From Octopus bimaculoides (Eukaryota), in NCBI RefSeq assembly GCF_001194135.2, contig NC_068987.1:68730857-68794856 (forward strand): 64,000 nt of DNA, in the 5' to 3' direction. The position numbers were made by a program, and so were the translations under genes. Below, one piece after another: positions 41,056-55,165 of this stretch (positions are counted from its first letter, which is position 1; every line of letters starts with the position of its first letter). The notes beneath the pieces are model-generated. The model searched no databases and was not told where the DNA came from. It worked only from the letters and a program-made list of their open reading frames with translations.

Positions 41056-41322
41056 AGGCGACGAGCTGGCAGAGAAGGCGACGAGCTGGCAGAGAAGGCG
41101 ACGAGCTGGCAGAATCGTTAGCACGACGGGCGAAATGCTTAGCGGTATTTCGTCTACCGTTACGTTCTGAGTTCAAATTCAGCCGAGGTCGACTTTGCCT
41201 TTCATCCTTTCGGGGTCGATAAATTAAGTACTAGTTATGCACTGGGGTCGATGTAATCGACTTAACTTTGTCTGTCCTTGTTTGTCCCCTCTATGTTTAG
41301 CAACTTGTGGGCAATAAAGAAA
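41056..41322 (+). mobile_element. Near-intact type-A SINE with a triplicated 5' end
   Basis: GAGCTGGCAGAATCGTTAGC head, GAGTTCAAATT B-box-like segment, GTCGACTTTGCCTTTCATCCTTTCGGGGTCGATAAA core and AATAAAGAAA tail. Confidence 0.92.
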
Positions 41323-42138
41323 TTAATATAGTGTCTTTCAGATTATGGCGATAGCATTATTCTGGGTTCTGATGGCCAGCACATTTGGGCTAAGCCACCT
41401 TAGCTATTTCTCACTTATTTCCTAGGATTCGAGCTTGACCTAATAACCGATGTTCCAAATTATCAAAAACACCTTTGATATCTGCTAATCTACGCAAAAG
41501 TAGTAGCTTGATGCTTTGGGAAGAATGGTCTGTAAAACAGCTATTCTACGACCAGGTCAGAAATGCTTTTTAGAAATGGTTTGACTGTTTTAGCAGATAG
41601 CATTGCAGTTGTTTCTGAACTAATTGATTCCATTACTTTGTTGATGGCGATGAACAATGAAATAGCTCAGTATTTTGACGGATGAAGAATCCCTATAATG
41701 TATGGAAATCAGAGAGGCGATCTTCTATTCATTTCGAAATACGACATGAGTAAAGCACAGGTAAGATAGGCGACAGAGAGGTCAACTAGTTCAATATATC
41801 ACTCTTTCAAGAGTCTGGCGAGAATTCAATCTGGGACGGCGGCTTTATGACGTATGTACTATTGCACTGTTAATAATTTCATTAACGTCGTACATCACAC
41901 ACCGTAGTAGTCAATGCATACATGTATGTCGTCTTGTATGCATATATATTTATGCATACATCTGCATACGTACGTACGTATGTATGTATGTATGTTTGTA
42001 TGTATCTATCTATCTATTTCAATCTAGGTATATATCAGTTTATCTAGTTGTCTATCAATATATGTATTACTATCTTCCTATCTCCATAAGTCTATATCTG
42101 TCAATCTCTTCTCTTTCTCTCTCTCACTTTCTCTCTCA

Positions 42139-42172
<34 letters not shown>

Positions 42173-42446
42173 TTCTCTATCCCTCTCACTTTCTCTCTCT
42201 CCCTCTCTCTTTTTCTCTCTCTCTCTCTTTCACCCGCAAACACACTCACTCAATCAATCTCGTTATATACGTATACATATCTGTGTGTGTGTGTGTGTAT
42301 ACATACATATATATTTATATATGCACACAGCTAACGGTCAGACACTTTCTATCTTCTTCTCTATTCTGCTCTAATGTTGTCTCCGAAACTGATATTTTTT
42401 TCATCATAATGGTCTCTCCTCGCATCTCTGATATAGATATACATAC

Positions 42447-42514
<68 letters not shown>

Positions 42515-42671
42515 NNNNNNNNNNNNNNNNNNNNNNNNNNNNNNNNNNNNNNNNNNNNNNNNNNNNNNNNNNNNNNNNNNNNNNNNNNNNNNNNNNNNNN
42601 NNNNNNNNNNNNNNNNNNNNNNNNNNNNNNNNNNNNNNNNNNNNNNNNNNNNNNNNNNNNNNNNNNNNNNN

Positions 42672-42719
<48 letters not shown>

Positions 42720-43679
42720 GTGTGTATTCGCATTGTCACAAAACCTTATATAGACACACTCAAGTTCATGCCCTCAGTCGTTTTTTGACACACATATATA
42801 TAATATATACACACATGCACGAACACAAAGACATATACATATATTTCATGCAGTCACACGCAGGCATATATATATACATTATACATTTATACATACATAC
42901 ATAGAACAATGAAATGAAATAAACAACCAAAAAAGAGAACACAACATAGTCACGCAGACACATACACAAGTACACGGTCTGCATATATGAATGACTATAT
43001 GGTACAGAGAGGCTGACATCACATCAGTGTAATATGGAGTCTTTTCCACCTCACACACACACTCATTCTCTCTTCTCTCTCTCTCTTTCTCTCTTTCTCT
43101 CTTTCTTCCCGCACTCTCTCTCTCTCTCTCTNNNNNNNNNNNNNNNNNNNNNNNNNNNNNNNNNNNNNNNNNNNNNNNNNNNNNNNNNNNNNNNNNNNNN
43201 NNNNNNNNNNNNNNNNNNNNNNNNNNNNNNNAGCAGCAGCAGCAGCAGCAGCTTGGCAATGTTTCTATCTCCACAAGGTGCCAGATGGAGAAACTAATCT
43301 CTATAGAAGGGATCAAACCCAAACATTTGATATGGAAATAGTGGAATATTTGAATAAGTTACAGGCAGCCTTGAAGCAAATTAACATCAGCATGAATCAT
43401 GAAACTATAGTAACTACCCGAAACTCTACACATTATTGTGCAATGCATTTACACAAAAACTACATTCGTAACATGAGACTGCACTGAATTATACTAAGCA
43501 AGAAAAACAACATCTAAAGAATGTCTCATCCTACCATTCAATGTTACATAGAAGTCCAGTAACTGCACCAGCAGTGAGATTAAAATACAGTAAAAATCTT
43601 AATAGTGAAGCACAGTTAGAAATTTCATTATTATTATTATTATTATTATTAACTATTATAATCGTTATAATAACAGCAG

Positions 43680-43840
43680 AGAACTGGTGGAAACGTTGGC
43701 ACCGCGGACAAAATACTCAGAGTAAACTAGTTCGCCTTTGCTTTCTAAGTTCAATATTCCACCGATGTCGACTTAGTTTTTCATCCTTTCGGGTCGATGA
43801 AACAAATACCGCTTGAACACTGGGAGTCGATGTAATTTAC
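43680..43840 (+). mobile_element. Degenerate type-A SINE
   Basis: AAGTTCAATATTCC...GTCGACTTAG TTTTTCATCCTTTCGGGTCGATGAAA. Confidence 0.7.
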
Positions 43841-43863
43841 TAGACTCTTTAGCCCACCCCCTT

Positions 43864-44013
43864 TAGCTTCTTCCAGTTTCCGTTTACCAAATCCACTCAC
43901 AAGGCTTTGGTCAGCCCGAGGCTATAGTATAAGACACTTGTGCAAGGTGTCTCGCAGTGGGACTGAAACCGGGACCATGTGGTTGGTAAGCAAGCTACTT
44001 ACCATACTGCCAC
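43864..44013 (-). mobile_element. Type-D SINE
   Basis: CAGTTTCCGTTTACCAAATCCACTCACAAGGCTTTGGTC...AGACACTTG...CAGTGGGACTGAAACCGGGACCATGTGGTTGG. Confidence 0.85.
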
Positions 44014-44337
44014 TTGGCTCTTTCAGAATTTATTAATGAGTAATTAATTTTTACTATACCAATTCACCTCTTAAAAGGCTTTAAATTGGTCTAACTAATA
44101 ATTCTTACGCCATTTCCATTCGGTCGCAGGTCGGTAATTCTTACTAAGACAGGACAATTTGTCTTTCCCACTCTTAGTACTCCGGCTGATAAGACAAGAT
44201 TACAATCGTAGACATGATGTATAATTTCAGAATTATCGAGGTACTTGCCACATGTTGTCTATGGAATACCTATTGTGTTTTTCTTTTTATTTTTTTTTCG
44301 TTACTTTTTAATTCAATTCATTTCTATAACGTACAAG

Positions 44338-44436
44338 AGGAACATAGGTCTCAAATTTTGGAGTATTTTATGCAGCATTTCAGAATAGATTTACACCAGT
44401 TATGTATGAATTTAAATGCATTCTTGACTGAGGAAG
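44338..44436 (+). other. Candidate 99-nt symmetric exon (unverified)
   Basis: Long polypyrimidine tract with an AAG acceptor, AAG|GTGAGA donor and open frame EEHRSQILEYFMQHF...LTEE; no recognisable homology. Confidence 0.15.
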
Positions 44437-44839
44437 GTGAGAGTAGAAAGGGAAGTCTTGTCTAGTGAATGCTTCAAAAAAAGATGGGTGAATGTAGCAA
44501 GGATGGCACGTGTGAATGACGGAGCCACCTTGAGCATAACACTATAAAGGAGTAAAAAAAATCCAGACAAAAAACAAAAAGGCAAAAGAGAGTCACTTAC
44601 TGTTATAGTTTCTGTAATGACAATATTGACCAAGGCTACCGTGGTCTTTTCCGTAGGCTTTTCTTTCCACGGCTAAACCTAAACTGTCCTCCCCTATTTT
44701 TACACGAGAACATTACTGTCATACACGATCCCTATTGATCGCTTTTTTTCTCTCTCTCGGTCCCTTTTGATCGAACTCCCCCCTTTTTTCCTTCCTACGA
44801 TCCCTTTTGATCGACACCCACCCCTACTTTATCTATCTA

Positions 44840-44902
<63 letters not shown>

Positions 44903-45513
44903 ATCTATCTATCTATATATATATATATATATAGGTATGTGTGTGTCCCCGTGTGCTTGTGTGTGTGTGATTGTGTTTGTGTACTTGTGTGTGCATGTAA
45001 GCACAAGATTTATATATATGCATGGGCATATACAAACGTATACATAAACACACACACACACACATATATATATATACATATATACATACATATCAAAATG
45101 CATATGTTAACATACATACTTATGTACATAGCTATTATATACATGCACAAGCAAGCACATATTGCAGATTCAGATATGAACATAGGTATCACGTATCTAC
45201 ACACATGCGCGGACACACACACACGTGTTTTTATTCCCTCGGATACGGCCGAAACGATTGCACACACACACGCGCGAATCTGTGCAGCTTCGAGGTGAAA
45301 GTTCAAATTGTTGGAAAAATAAAAAAAAACTTAAATTCCACCACATGTATTACACACCAATTTTTTGTCCACACACACAAACACACACACGCACATCTAA
45401 ATACAATGATACACAATTGTACATGTATTCAATATGTATTCAAGCACATGACTATAAATATGTATATATACATTATATATATCTATGTACGTGTGTATAT
45501 ATGCATATATATA

Positions 45514-45561
<48 letters not shown>

Positions 45562-45885
45562 NNNNNNNNNNNNNNNNNNNNNNNNNNNNNNNNNNNNNNN
45601 NNNNNNNNNNNNNNNNNNNNNNNNNNNNNNNNNNNNNNNNNTGAGTGTATGAATATGTGTATGTACATGTGTGTGTGACTGTATGTATTCGTATTTGCTC
45701 ATACACAACTGTAATCATTAGTGTATGAGTATATGTGTACATCTTGGCGAGAATTCCCCACCCTCACCCGCCGATTCCTCGTTATTTGGTTTGTTACAAT
45801 TCTTTCTTTCTTTTTTTGTTTTTGCATATTTTTGAAAAGGATTCCTTGAAATACAAATATACACACAAACATACACACAAATATA

Positions 45886-45932
<47 letters not shown>

Positions 45933-46436
45933 CTATGTAAAAGAAATTTTGTCAAGACAATATTTGGCTTGCTACAAGCACTATAACATAAATTCCCGTC
46001 TGTGGGAACTACATTTATTAATTAGCAACATATATAATATTCACGGATTTTGCAGTATTCAATACGGATGAGGATGCAGCTTTTATACAATATGAAGCAA
46101 TAAAAATAAAATAGAATATAATATAGGTAATGAGCACAAGTTTTTACATATTCTAATACAGCTGCATATTTCAATGCAACATTCACTGCTGAAATATATA
46201 GATTAGTTGTATTAATAATAGCAGTGTTACTATTACTATGAAACACGTGCTATTGTCGCCATGGAGACGGCAGTAAATAACAGGAACTAACATAAATGGC
46301 CTAACTATAATGGATAGATGAAGCATTGTTTGGAAAGACGTACGCCAAATGGCATATGCATATGAGTACGGATGTACACACGTGTATTTGTGTATGTGTG
46401 TGTGTGTGTATGTAAGTTTGTATGTATATATGCAAT

Positions 46437-46481
<45 letters not shown>

Positions 46482-46693
46482 GTGTGTGTGTGCATATATG
46501 CATACATATATATATATACATACATATCTATATACATAAATATATATAAATTTATATATACACATATAGACAGACAGACATATAGATAGATAGATAGATA
46601 GATACATTTCTTTTATTAGCCACACAGGGCTCAACGAAGATGGGACAAATACAATGTAGAGCTTTTCTTTTTGGGAGGGGGAAGGAAGGAAAA

Positions 46694-46737
<44 letters not shown>

Positions 46738-46819
46738 GTACGTACATACATACATACATACGTACATATATATATATACATACATACTTACATACATACA
46801 TATATATATATATATACAT

Positions 46820-46870
46820 ACGGTGGTGCACCAGCATGACCGCAGCCACTTGGCTGAAACACATAAATAA
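46820..46870 (+). mobile_element. 3' end of module E
   Basis: CGGTGGTGCACCAGCATGACCGCAG...GGCTGAAACA. Confidence 0.55.
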
Positions 46871-47283
46871 ATAAATAAATATATATATATACATACATAA
46901 ATCATGTGTGGGTAGGTATGTAAGATGGTAGGTAGGTAAGAAAAGAGGTGCTAGGTAAACAGATATCATCGAAAATTCACAAAATATGTTACCTTATTTA
47001 CCAACAGCTTTTCAAGAAATAGATATAAATAAATAAATAAATCATGGTGGCCTAACCTATTTGACAGGGGGTTACACTTATAATTACCGTTAATGGTGTC
47101 ATAAATTGAATAGACAGATGCGAATCCACTTCTTTTATTGCATGTGTGAGGACATACAGACACATATCAGCCTTCCAGCATTTTCTAGCACCCCGTGTTC
47201 GCGCAAGTGTGCATACACACACATCTTTCTATATGCATTTACATAAATATGCATATGCATCTATCTATCTATCTATCTATCTA

Positions 47284-47324
<41 letters not shown>

Positions 47325-47636
47325 NNNNNNNNNNNNNNNNNNNNNNNNNNNNNNNNNNNNNNNNNNNNNNNNNNNNNNNNNNNNNNNNNNNNNNNNNNNN
47401 NNNNNNNNNNNNNNNNNNNNNNNNNNNNNNNNNNNNNNNNNNNNNNNNNNNNNNNNNNNNNNNNNNNNNNNNNNNNNNNNNNNNNNNNNNNNNNNNNNNN
47501 NNNNNNNNNNNNNNNNNNNNNNNNNNNNNNNNNNNNNNNNNNNNNNNNNNNNNNNNNNNNNNNNNNNNNNNNNNNNNNNNNNNNNNNNNNNNNNNNNNNN
47601 NNNNNNNNNNNNNNNNNNNNNNNNNNNNNNNNNNNN

Positions 47637-47671
<35 letters not shown>

Positions 47672-47803
47672 TACGACGGGCTTCTTTCAGTTTCCGTCTA
47701 CCAAATCCCCTCACAAGACTTTGGTCGGCCCGAGGCTGTAGTAGAAGACGCTTGCCCAAGGTGCCACGCAGTGGGACTGAACCCGGAAACATGTAGTTCG
47801 TAA
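47672..47803 (-). mobile_element. Type-D SINE
   Basis: GACGGGCTTCTTTCAGTTTCCGTCTACCAAATCC...CTTGCCCAAGGTGCCACGCAGTGGGACTGAACCCGG. Confidence 0.85.
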
Positions 47804-47844
47804 GAAGGATTTATTTTCGTAATGAGATGAAAAAAACAAAACAA

Positions 47845-48138
47845 AGGCGCATGGCTTAGTGGTTAGGGTATTCGACTCACGATCGTAAGGTCGTGAGTTC
47901 AATTCCTCGCAACGCGTTGTGTCTTTGAGCAAGACCCCTTATTTCCCGTTGCACTTGTCGACTCACCTGGCAAAATGAGTTGTACCTGTGTTTCAAAAGG
48001 CCAACATTGTCACATTCTGTTTCCCGCTGAGTCTCCTTTAGAAATACAATAAAGGGCTGTGTCTGTGGAGTGCTCAGCCACATGCACATTAATTTCAGAT
48101 CAACTGGAACCCTCGTCGTCGTAAGCGACGAAATGCCG
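47845..48138 (+). mobile_element. tRNA-derived CORE-like SINE with tail X
   Basis: TGGCTTAGTGG (A-box), GAGTTCAATTCC (B-box), TTTGAGCAAGAC CORE-like segment, and a tail shared with 7742-8125. Confidence 0.88.
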
Positions 48139-48667
48139 GTGCCGTATACGTTATAGATATACAAACATGCAAACATACATGCATACACATGCATTCACAT
48201 ACTGATATGTGTGCGTGAATGGCTATGATGTGGGAAGAGCGAACTCGCTGTTGTTTGGCTTATTCAAAGAAAGGTTAGCGTCCACGACTATTTTCAGAGA
48301 CTTCAAGACTGCGGGGAGCGAAGTAAGTTATCTCCCCTAGTCAGCTTGTTTGCAATCACGTGGGTTCCACTAATAGCTCACAACAGCTACGTGTACATGT
48401 TAAAACCCAGTAACAGATACCGTCAACCACACAAGAACGGCTCCTCTGAGGGACTTTTAAACAGTTTTTAATCTACTAAGATTCGGATATGCATATGCGG
48501 ATATGTGTTCGATCAATAGCTGTGTAGGATAACGGTCCTGAAACCGCATAGACATGTTCTATGCCCATTTGACTGCAACAAGTTATCTTCGGGAGAAATA
48601 ACAAGGTTGTTTTCATCTATGTATGTGCATAGACAAAAACAAGGCTGTTTTTTCTGTGTGCATGTTA

Positions 48668-48707
<40 letters not shown>

Positions 48708-49002
48708 NNNNNNNNNNNNNNNNNNNNNNNNNNNNNNNNNNNNNNNNNNNNNNNNNNNNNNNNNNNNNNNNNNNNNNNNNNNNNNNNNNNNNNNNNNNNN
48801 NNNNNNNNNNNNNNNNNNNNNNNNNNNNNNNNNNNNNNNNNNNNNNNNNNNNNNNNNNNNNNNNNNNNNNNNNNNNNNNNNNNNNNNNNNNNNNNNNNNN
48901 NNNNNNNNNNNNNNNNNNNNNNNNNNNNNNNNNNNNNNNNNNNNNNNNNNNNNNNNNNNNNNNNNNNNNNNNNNNNNNNNNNNNNNNATATATATATATA
49001 CA

Positions 49003-49545
49003 CAGGAGTGACTTCATGGTTAAGAAACTTGCTTTCCAACCATATGATCTTGGGTCTAGACCCACTGTGCAGCACCCTGGACCGAAGCCCAGTGAAAGAA
49101 TTTAGGAGACGGAAACTGAAAGAAGTCTGTTGAATAATAACATTAATAATAATTATATATATATATATATATATATATAAATGTGTACGCACACACACAC
49201 ATTAGCTTTTAGTGACGGATTATTAGCTTGCTGAGACGATTTCTCGGATTATTACCACAGCCTACAGCATTAGAATCAAAACAAATACATTGGATGTGCA
49301 ATTTTATGTATGTATGTATATATGTATGTATGTATGTATGTATGTGCTTATCTTTTTGCTAGTGCTTGGTCCCTATTACTTGACAACTGGCTTTGGATTG
49401 TTTACATAACCGTAACATAGCGACTCAGTAAAAGAAACCAACTAAATAATTACCAGGCTTAAAAAAATATGTACCGGGCTGATTTCTTGGACTAAGCCCA
49501 GGATGGCTATAGTCCAAAGACAGTAACAAGTAAAAGGTAAAATGT
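49003..49545 (+). mobile_element. Degenerate composite SINE (D + microsatellite/AT-rich spacer + E)
   Basis: CAGGAGTG...AAGAAACTTGCTTTCCAACCAT...GACGGAAACTGAAAGAAG, a microsatellite, then CTTGACAACT...CCGTAACATAGCG...AACAAGTAAAAG. Confidence 0.65.
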
Positions 49546-49885
49546 ATATGAACATGTGTTTGTGAGGTGGGGTTCGTCTTGATTTACAAAGTTTTTGATT
49601 TATAGGAGGGTAGCAAAGGGATAAGTTTACGACATTTTCTTACACAAAGGCTGGGTTATGAAACAAGGGATAGAATGCGAAATGGCTACAAGAAGAGAAA
49701 TCAAAACTCATTCGGGAATTGGTCTCATCGGGAATTTACCTCTGAGAAATAATGGAATATTAAGCACTCATGAAAGACAGTGAAAATATGAAGGAATATG
49801 AGAGATAAAAGAATACTGTGGAGGATATTAAGCTCACATATACGCATACATGTGTGTGTGTGTCTGTGTGTGTGTGTGTGTGTAT

Positions 49886-49922
<37 letters not shown>

Positions 49923-50083
49923 GGTATGCACATACTTGTACGTATATATGCATATACTCATTTATTATTTGTTTTATATATATATACACACACACATTCA
50001 CAGACACATACGTTCATACATACACTTACGTACATACACTCACACATACATACATATGTATGTATTTTATGCATGTATTTGTC

Positions 50084-50114
<31 letters not shown>

Positions 50115-50152
50115 GCAGACAGATAGACAGATAGATAGACAGACAGATAGTC

Positions 50153-50196
<44 letters not shown>

Positions 50197-51958
50197 TGTA
50201 TAGGTCAAAATAGATCCATAGCTGCTCACCTACTGTGTCGAGATCGATAAACGAAGCCTGTTCTTTTCACGAAATGCCAGTATATTCTACATTTACTTTT
50301 CTCTCTATCTATCTATTTGTCTATGCTAGTGTTGTTAGTGTATTTGTGTGTGTGTGTGTGTGAAATGTATTATATACTGTTGTTTGAACCATATATAAAC
50401 GAGATAGTGAGTGTTGAGTGAAGGTGGTATTTGTTCTGCTTCAGCGATTAAACGAAGAAGGATTTATTTTTAGGACCGATTTCTGTCATGAGCGTGTGTG
50501 TATGTCTGTTTATGGGGTGCGAACAGACGTGTGTATTATCATGTATGTATGGAGAGATATACCCTCAGGAATAATAGTGGTCGAAAATAGAAAATGTATT
50601 ATCAATGACATAAAGCAGACGAATCAACCTGCCAATCTTGCGAATAAGTCTGCTGTGTCTTAAACAAGCTTTTATTCAAATCAGTAAATTTTTCCCCTTT
50701 TTTTAATGTATATATTTTTGGTGTGTGGAATATGCAGAAGTATGAGGCAATGAAATTGAAAAAAAAATAGTTAATATATATTCTATACAGCCTGTATGTG
50801 ATCTTTTTGTTGGCTTTGCGGTAAATAAAGAAATTATTATTGGCAAGCAGTGTAAAATAGACTTAAGCTCTCAGAATACTGAGCCCGCTATCTATGTGGG
50901 ATTCCCAGTTGGAGTTATTTCTCTTTTACTAGCGATGCTTTTGGCTTTGGAAGAAGCAGTAACGCCATTAATGTTATCTACGATTTACTTTAAATCAATA
51001 ATAACCTTTTCAATACCCTAGCTATTCTTATCAAAGCAGCCTTTGGCATTATCATGTCCTACGTATTATCCCTATCTTAGCTACTTGTCTCATCTAAAAG
51101 AAACTATCTACCACTACTTATATCGCATATGGTTTTGTATGGTGAGCAAATACTTGAAATCCCACGCCTAACTTAATTATGACAATATCTGCAGTTCTTA
51201 CCTTCTTTTCGATTATATATAACCGGTCACCTACTTATCAATATTCTTAAGTATATTATTTTCCGAATACTTCCTTCGATTTGCTGACATAATTGAGACT
51301 CCTTATTTCCAAAAGTCTTCATATTATGGCAGAAAAATTTCCCCTTTGTTGCTATACTAGTTTCAGATGCATTTTTGGAAAGCCAGGTTGAAGAAATTAA
51401 CAGCATTTATTTGACGAGAAAATTTGTAGAAGTATATCAAACCTCTCATCTTTGCAAGTTCGGTGATGCAATACTTGTAATAGTCCTTTCATGCAAGATT
51501 CATTTATCCAACGAAATCATTTTTACCACACGCTCTGTAAACTAAATGCACAATACTGTTTCGAACCCTCACTGTAACAATTACACTTCCCTTTTAAGTC
51601 TAAATGAAGATCACTACAATTCATATTTCTCAACCCTATTAAAAAAAAATTTCTTGATCTTATATTCTACTGGGTGAAAGAGTCATGGTATAATATTACA
51701 ACATACAATCCCTGAGCTATCATGATATTATAACGCTCATAGTTACTTTCAGAAGAGAATTTTCTGAAAAATACTTTTTCTGAAGATATGTAGTCTAGTT
51801 CTCTCATTAGTTACTTCTCTTGTAAACCTTTGGTTATTTTTGAACCGAAGCTATAAAATTCCAGAGGCTTAATTATATATTACACAAGGATTCCAAGTTC
51901 AACTGTCTCCTGTAATATACCACCATTGCCTGTTTTCTATCTTTTCTACATTTTTCAG

Positions 51959-52076
51959 GACGATTTGGTTGGTACCGTTTGTTGTTGACAACAAAAATGG
52001 TTCACTCGGTTTCTTAGTCAATTTTTGGAATCGAGGATGAAGGGATAAATTTCGCTGTTTTCTGTCGAGCCTGCTG
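51959..52076 (+). other. Candidate non-coding exon
   Basis: Very strong acceptor TTTTCTATCTTTTCTACATTTTTCAG and tandem donors CTG|GTACGT and TAC|GTAAGG; stops in all three frames. Confidence 0.25.
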
Positions 52077-53119
52077 GTACGTAAGGAGTACCTATTTCTG
52101 ATGCATGCATTTGTAGCAGCTGAGCTTTCTGCTTTGAAGGACTAACTATAAAACGTTACTCTCAAGATCAACTACGGGGAACAACACCGGCATCATTTTC
52201 TGGTCATGTGGGGTAAAGAAGACTTTCATGCCCATAGAAATTCCTCAACTTAGTATAAATGATTGAAATACGTGCCATCAAAGTTTCTATTTTGACCTCT
52301 TCCTTATGAGACCATGTCAGTCCCAAATCTTCCTACTTAAGGAAATAAGTGTTACATCAACCAAGTTTATACTAGTTTTCTAAAAATCCTCTCAAAACAT
52401 ACACAGCAAATGTTATCCTTTATGCATAATACAGACTAAATATTAGAATAATCACATATTATACAACTTGCATTAAACTTGTTTGTTCTCTTGATGAACT
52501 TCCTGGCTTCTTATTTGTTCACATAAGCATAACCCCTGATACAACTAATTTTCCATTCATACATCTATCATTTATCTATCTCTGCCCTTCTATCAGTTCA
52601 TGTATTTATTGCCCTATCTATCTTTGCATCTATTTCTCTAGCTATCTATATGATTATCTATTCAGTATTTAACTGCATGTGTACAAAGAACGATATTACA
52701 TTATATGTGCACTGAATGTGGTGGATGTGCAAAGCAAGAAATAAATGAGGTGTGCATGCTCTGTTCGTTGTGCATTGGTAGTGTGAATAACCGACAAATA
52801 AGACATGAGTAGAGAGAGAGAAAAACTGATAATGAGAGGAAATGTAGAAGAGAGGAGACTGCGTTATATGGATATGAAATGTGTATTTAGGATGAGAATG
52901 AGGTGAAAAAACAAAATGACATGCGATTCAAGTGGAACGTACCTATAGAAGAAAACATAGGAAGACATGGGGTGGGGGAGAAAGTGATGAAAACTGAATA
53001 AGATGACGAGGAGTAGCAGCGAGTGGCGGAATGAAGTACTGGGGAATACCCGTCCAATTTATGCAATTATGGGGGAAATGAATGCAAAATGATGGTGGTG
53101 GTGGTGGTGATGATGATGG

Positions 53120-53176
<57 letters not shown>

Positions 53177-53966
53177 TGGTGGTGGTAGTGGTGGTGGTGG
53201 GTTTTGAGGACAATAATATTGACGACGACTATGGTATAACTATCATGGTATCATTCTAAACGAGTGTATATGAAGTTATGCTGCAGCCAGTAAATATCTT
53301 ATAAGCATGTATGCGAAAAAAAAAAAAAAAAAAAAAATTCTAAAACGATATTCCTACCCATTTCTTCACATCTGAAAGTACGAAACCATACTATTAGTCT
53401 TATTTTCAAAAATTCATTATTTGTCACAATAATGTATTTATAAATTTGAAGCACTTGTGAAACACTATATACCTTTAAAACAAAAACAAAAAACTACAGA
53501 CTTTTAGGAACAGATACTTAGAGTTAGAAATGTACTAAAAGACTCGCATTATATACATATGTGCAAATATGCGTATAACAAATATATTATCCTATAAATA
53601 TACGCAAATTATTCTTTAAGTACTCTTTAAAATATACTCTTAAGACTCTGATTTCTTTAAATGTGCATGTGCATATGCATGTATGCACATGCATATGTTT
53701 GTGTAGGTGAGCATGTGAAAGAGAGAAAAGAAAAGAAGAAACTAACATTATTTTATTATTTAGATCATATGTCTCATTTGTGTGCGTAAGCGCGCGTGTG
53801 CGTAGAAGCGTAAAGATGAGAGAAAAAAGGAGAGGTAGAAAGATTGATCGAAAATAGAGGGGAGGGAGAGAAATTACAGTAACACTTCAGTTTGTTTGTG
53901 ACACAATATCAGAGAGTAGGAAAAGGAGAACAGCAATGAGGTGGACATAGAGAAGGTAAGAAAGAG

Positions 53967-54054
<88 letters not shown>

Positions 54055-54140
54055 AAGAGAGAGAGAGAGAGAAAAGGAAGAGTAGAAAGTTAGATATTGT
54101 ATAATATATATTCTTAAACAGAGGGAGGGAAGGAAGGAGC

Positions 54141-54182
<42 letters not shown>

Positions 54183-55107
54183 AAAGATGTGAAATAGCTT
54201 GTGTAAATGTGAGACAGTGAGAATGACAGAATGAAAATGAGAATGAGAATGAGAATGACAGAATGTCAGAAGAGCAGAAACTGAAACTCATCGTGTATAT
54301 GTAAAAATTTTGAGAAGCATCATAGTGGTAGAAAACAGAGAATGACATAAACAATGAAATGGTGGTGGGGAGTGGGGGGGAGAAAATAAAAAGAGGAGAA
54401 TTTGAGTTACTGTCCCGTTTGTTGTTGTTTGCGCACGCACGCGCGCACGTGCGTGCGTGCGTGCGTGCGTGCGTGCGTGTGTGATCCCCAGATAATATTC
54501 ACCATGGGAATATTTGCCTCTTTGAACATGTTCAACTTGTGGATCAGATGATAAACGGGTAGGAAAGGAGAAAAGCTGGAGGTGGGGGGGTTAATAAAGA
54601 ACCCAGGAGTATCCTGCTCCCCTTCCCTTTCCTTACACACACACACAGAGTCACGCGCGCGCGCGCTATTTCCTTCTCTCATACACACTAACATACATTT
54701 TCCTTAGGGATTTTTGTAATTCTCCCTCCATGCATCCAACAAATTCATCGCGGCATTGACTCGGAAATAATAGGAAATATGTATTTATTTATTATATGCT
54801 GCTGCAGCTCGCTTGATGAGACCTTAAACAAGGCAGTTCCATGTTGTCAATACTAAAAACCACCAACCTCCCCTTTTACCTCAGCCTACACTAACTGCAC
54901 CTCTCTCTTCCCTCACTATAACTCAATTCGAATCCACCAGCACCAACACTGGCTATCATTACCTCCATCCACCATCATCATCGCCACCCAAAGCCTATCA
55001 GTCACAGCTAGGAGGATGGGAAATGCGCGGACGACGACTACGGTGACTGTATGCTTCCGAAATACTCCGCCAACAACATCGTCGCTACTACCATCACCAC
55101 CACCACC

Positions 55108-55165
<58 letters not shown>

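Noticed and set aside
41594-41760. Strong donor CAG|GTAAGA at 41760 with upstream acceptors
   Set aside because: The best frame contains an in-frame TGA, and there is no supporting evidence.
51030-51170. FKYL and MPKAA words on the minus strand suggesting an RTE/L2 reverse-transcriptase relic
   Set aside because: Their spacing is longer than expected, there are many stops and no YADD-like motif upstream; too weak without an HMM search.
54811-54840. CTTGATGAGACCTT...AAGG resembling a hammerhead 5' half
   Set aside because: No GAAA box or cleavage triplet follows.
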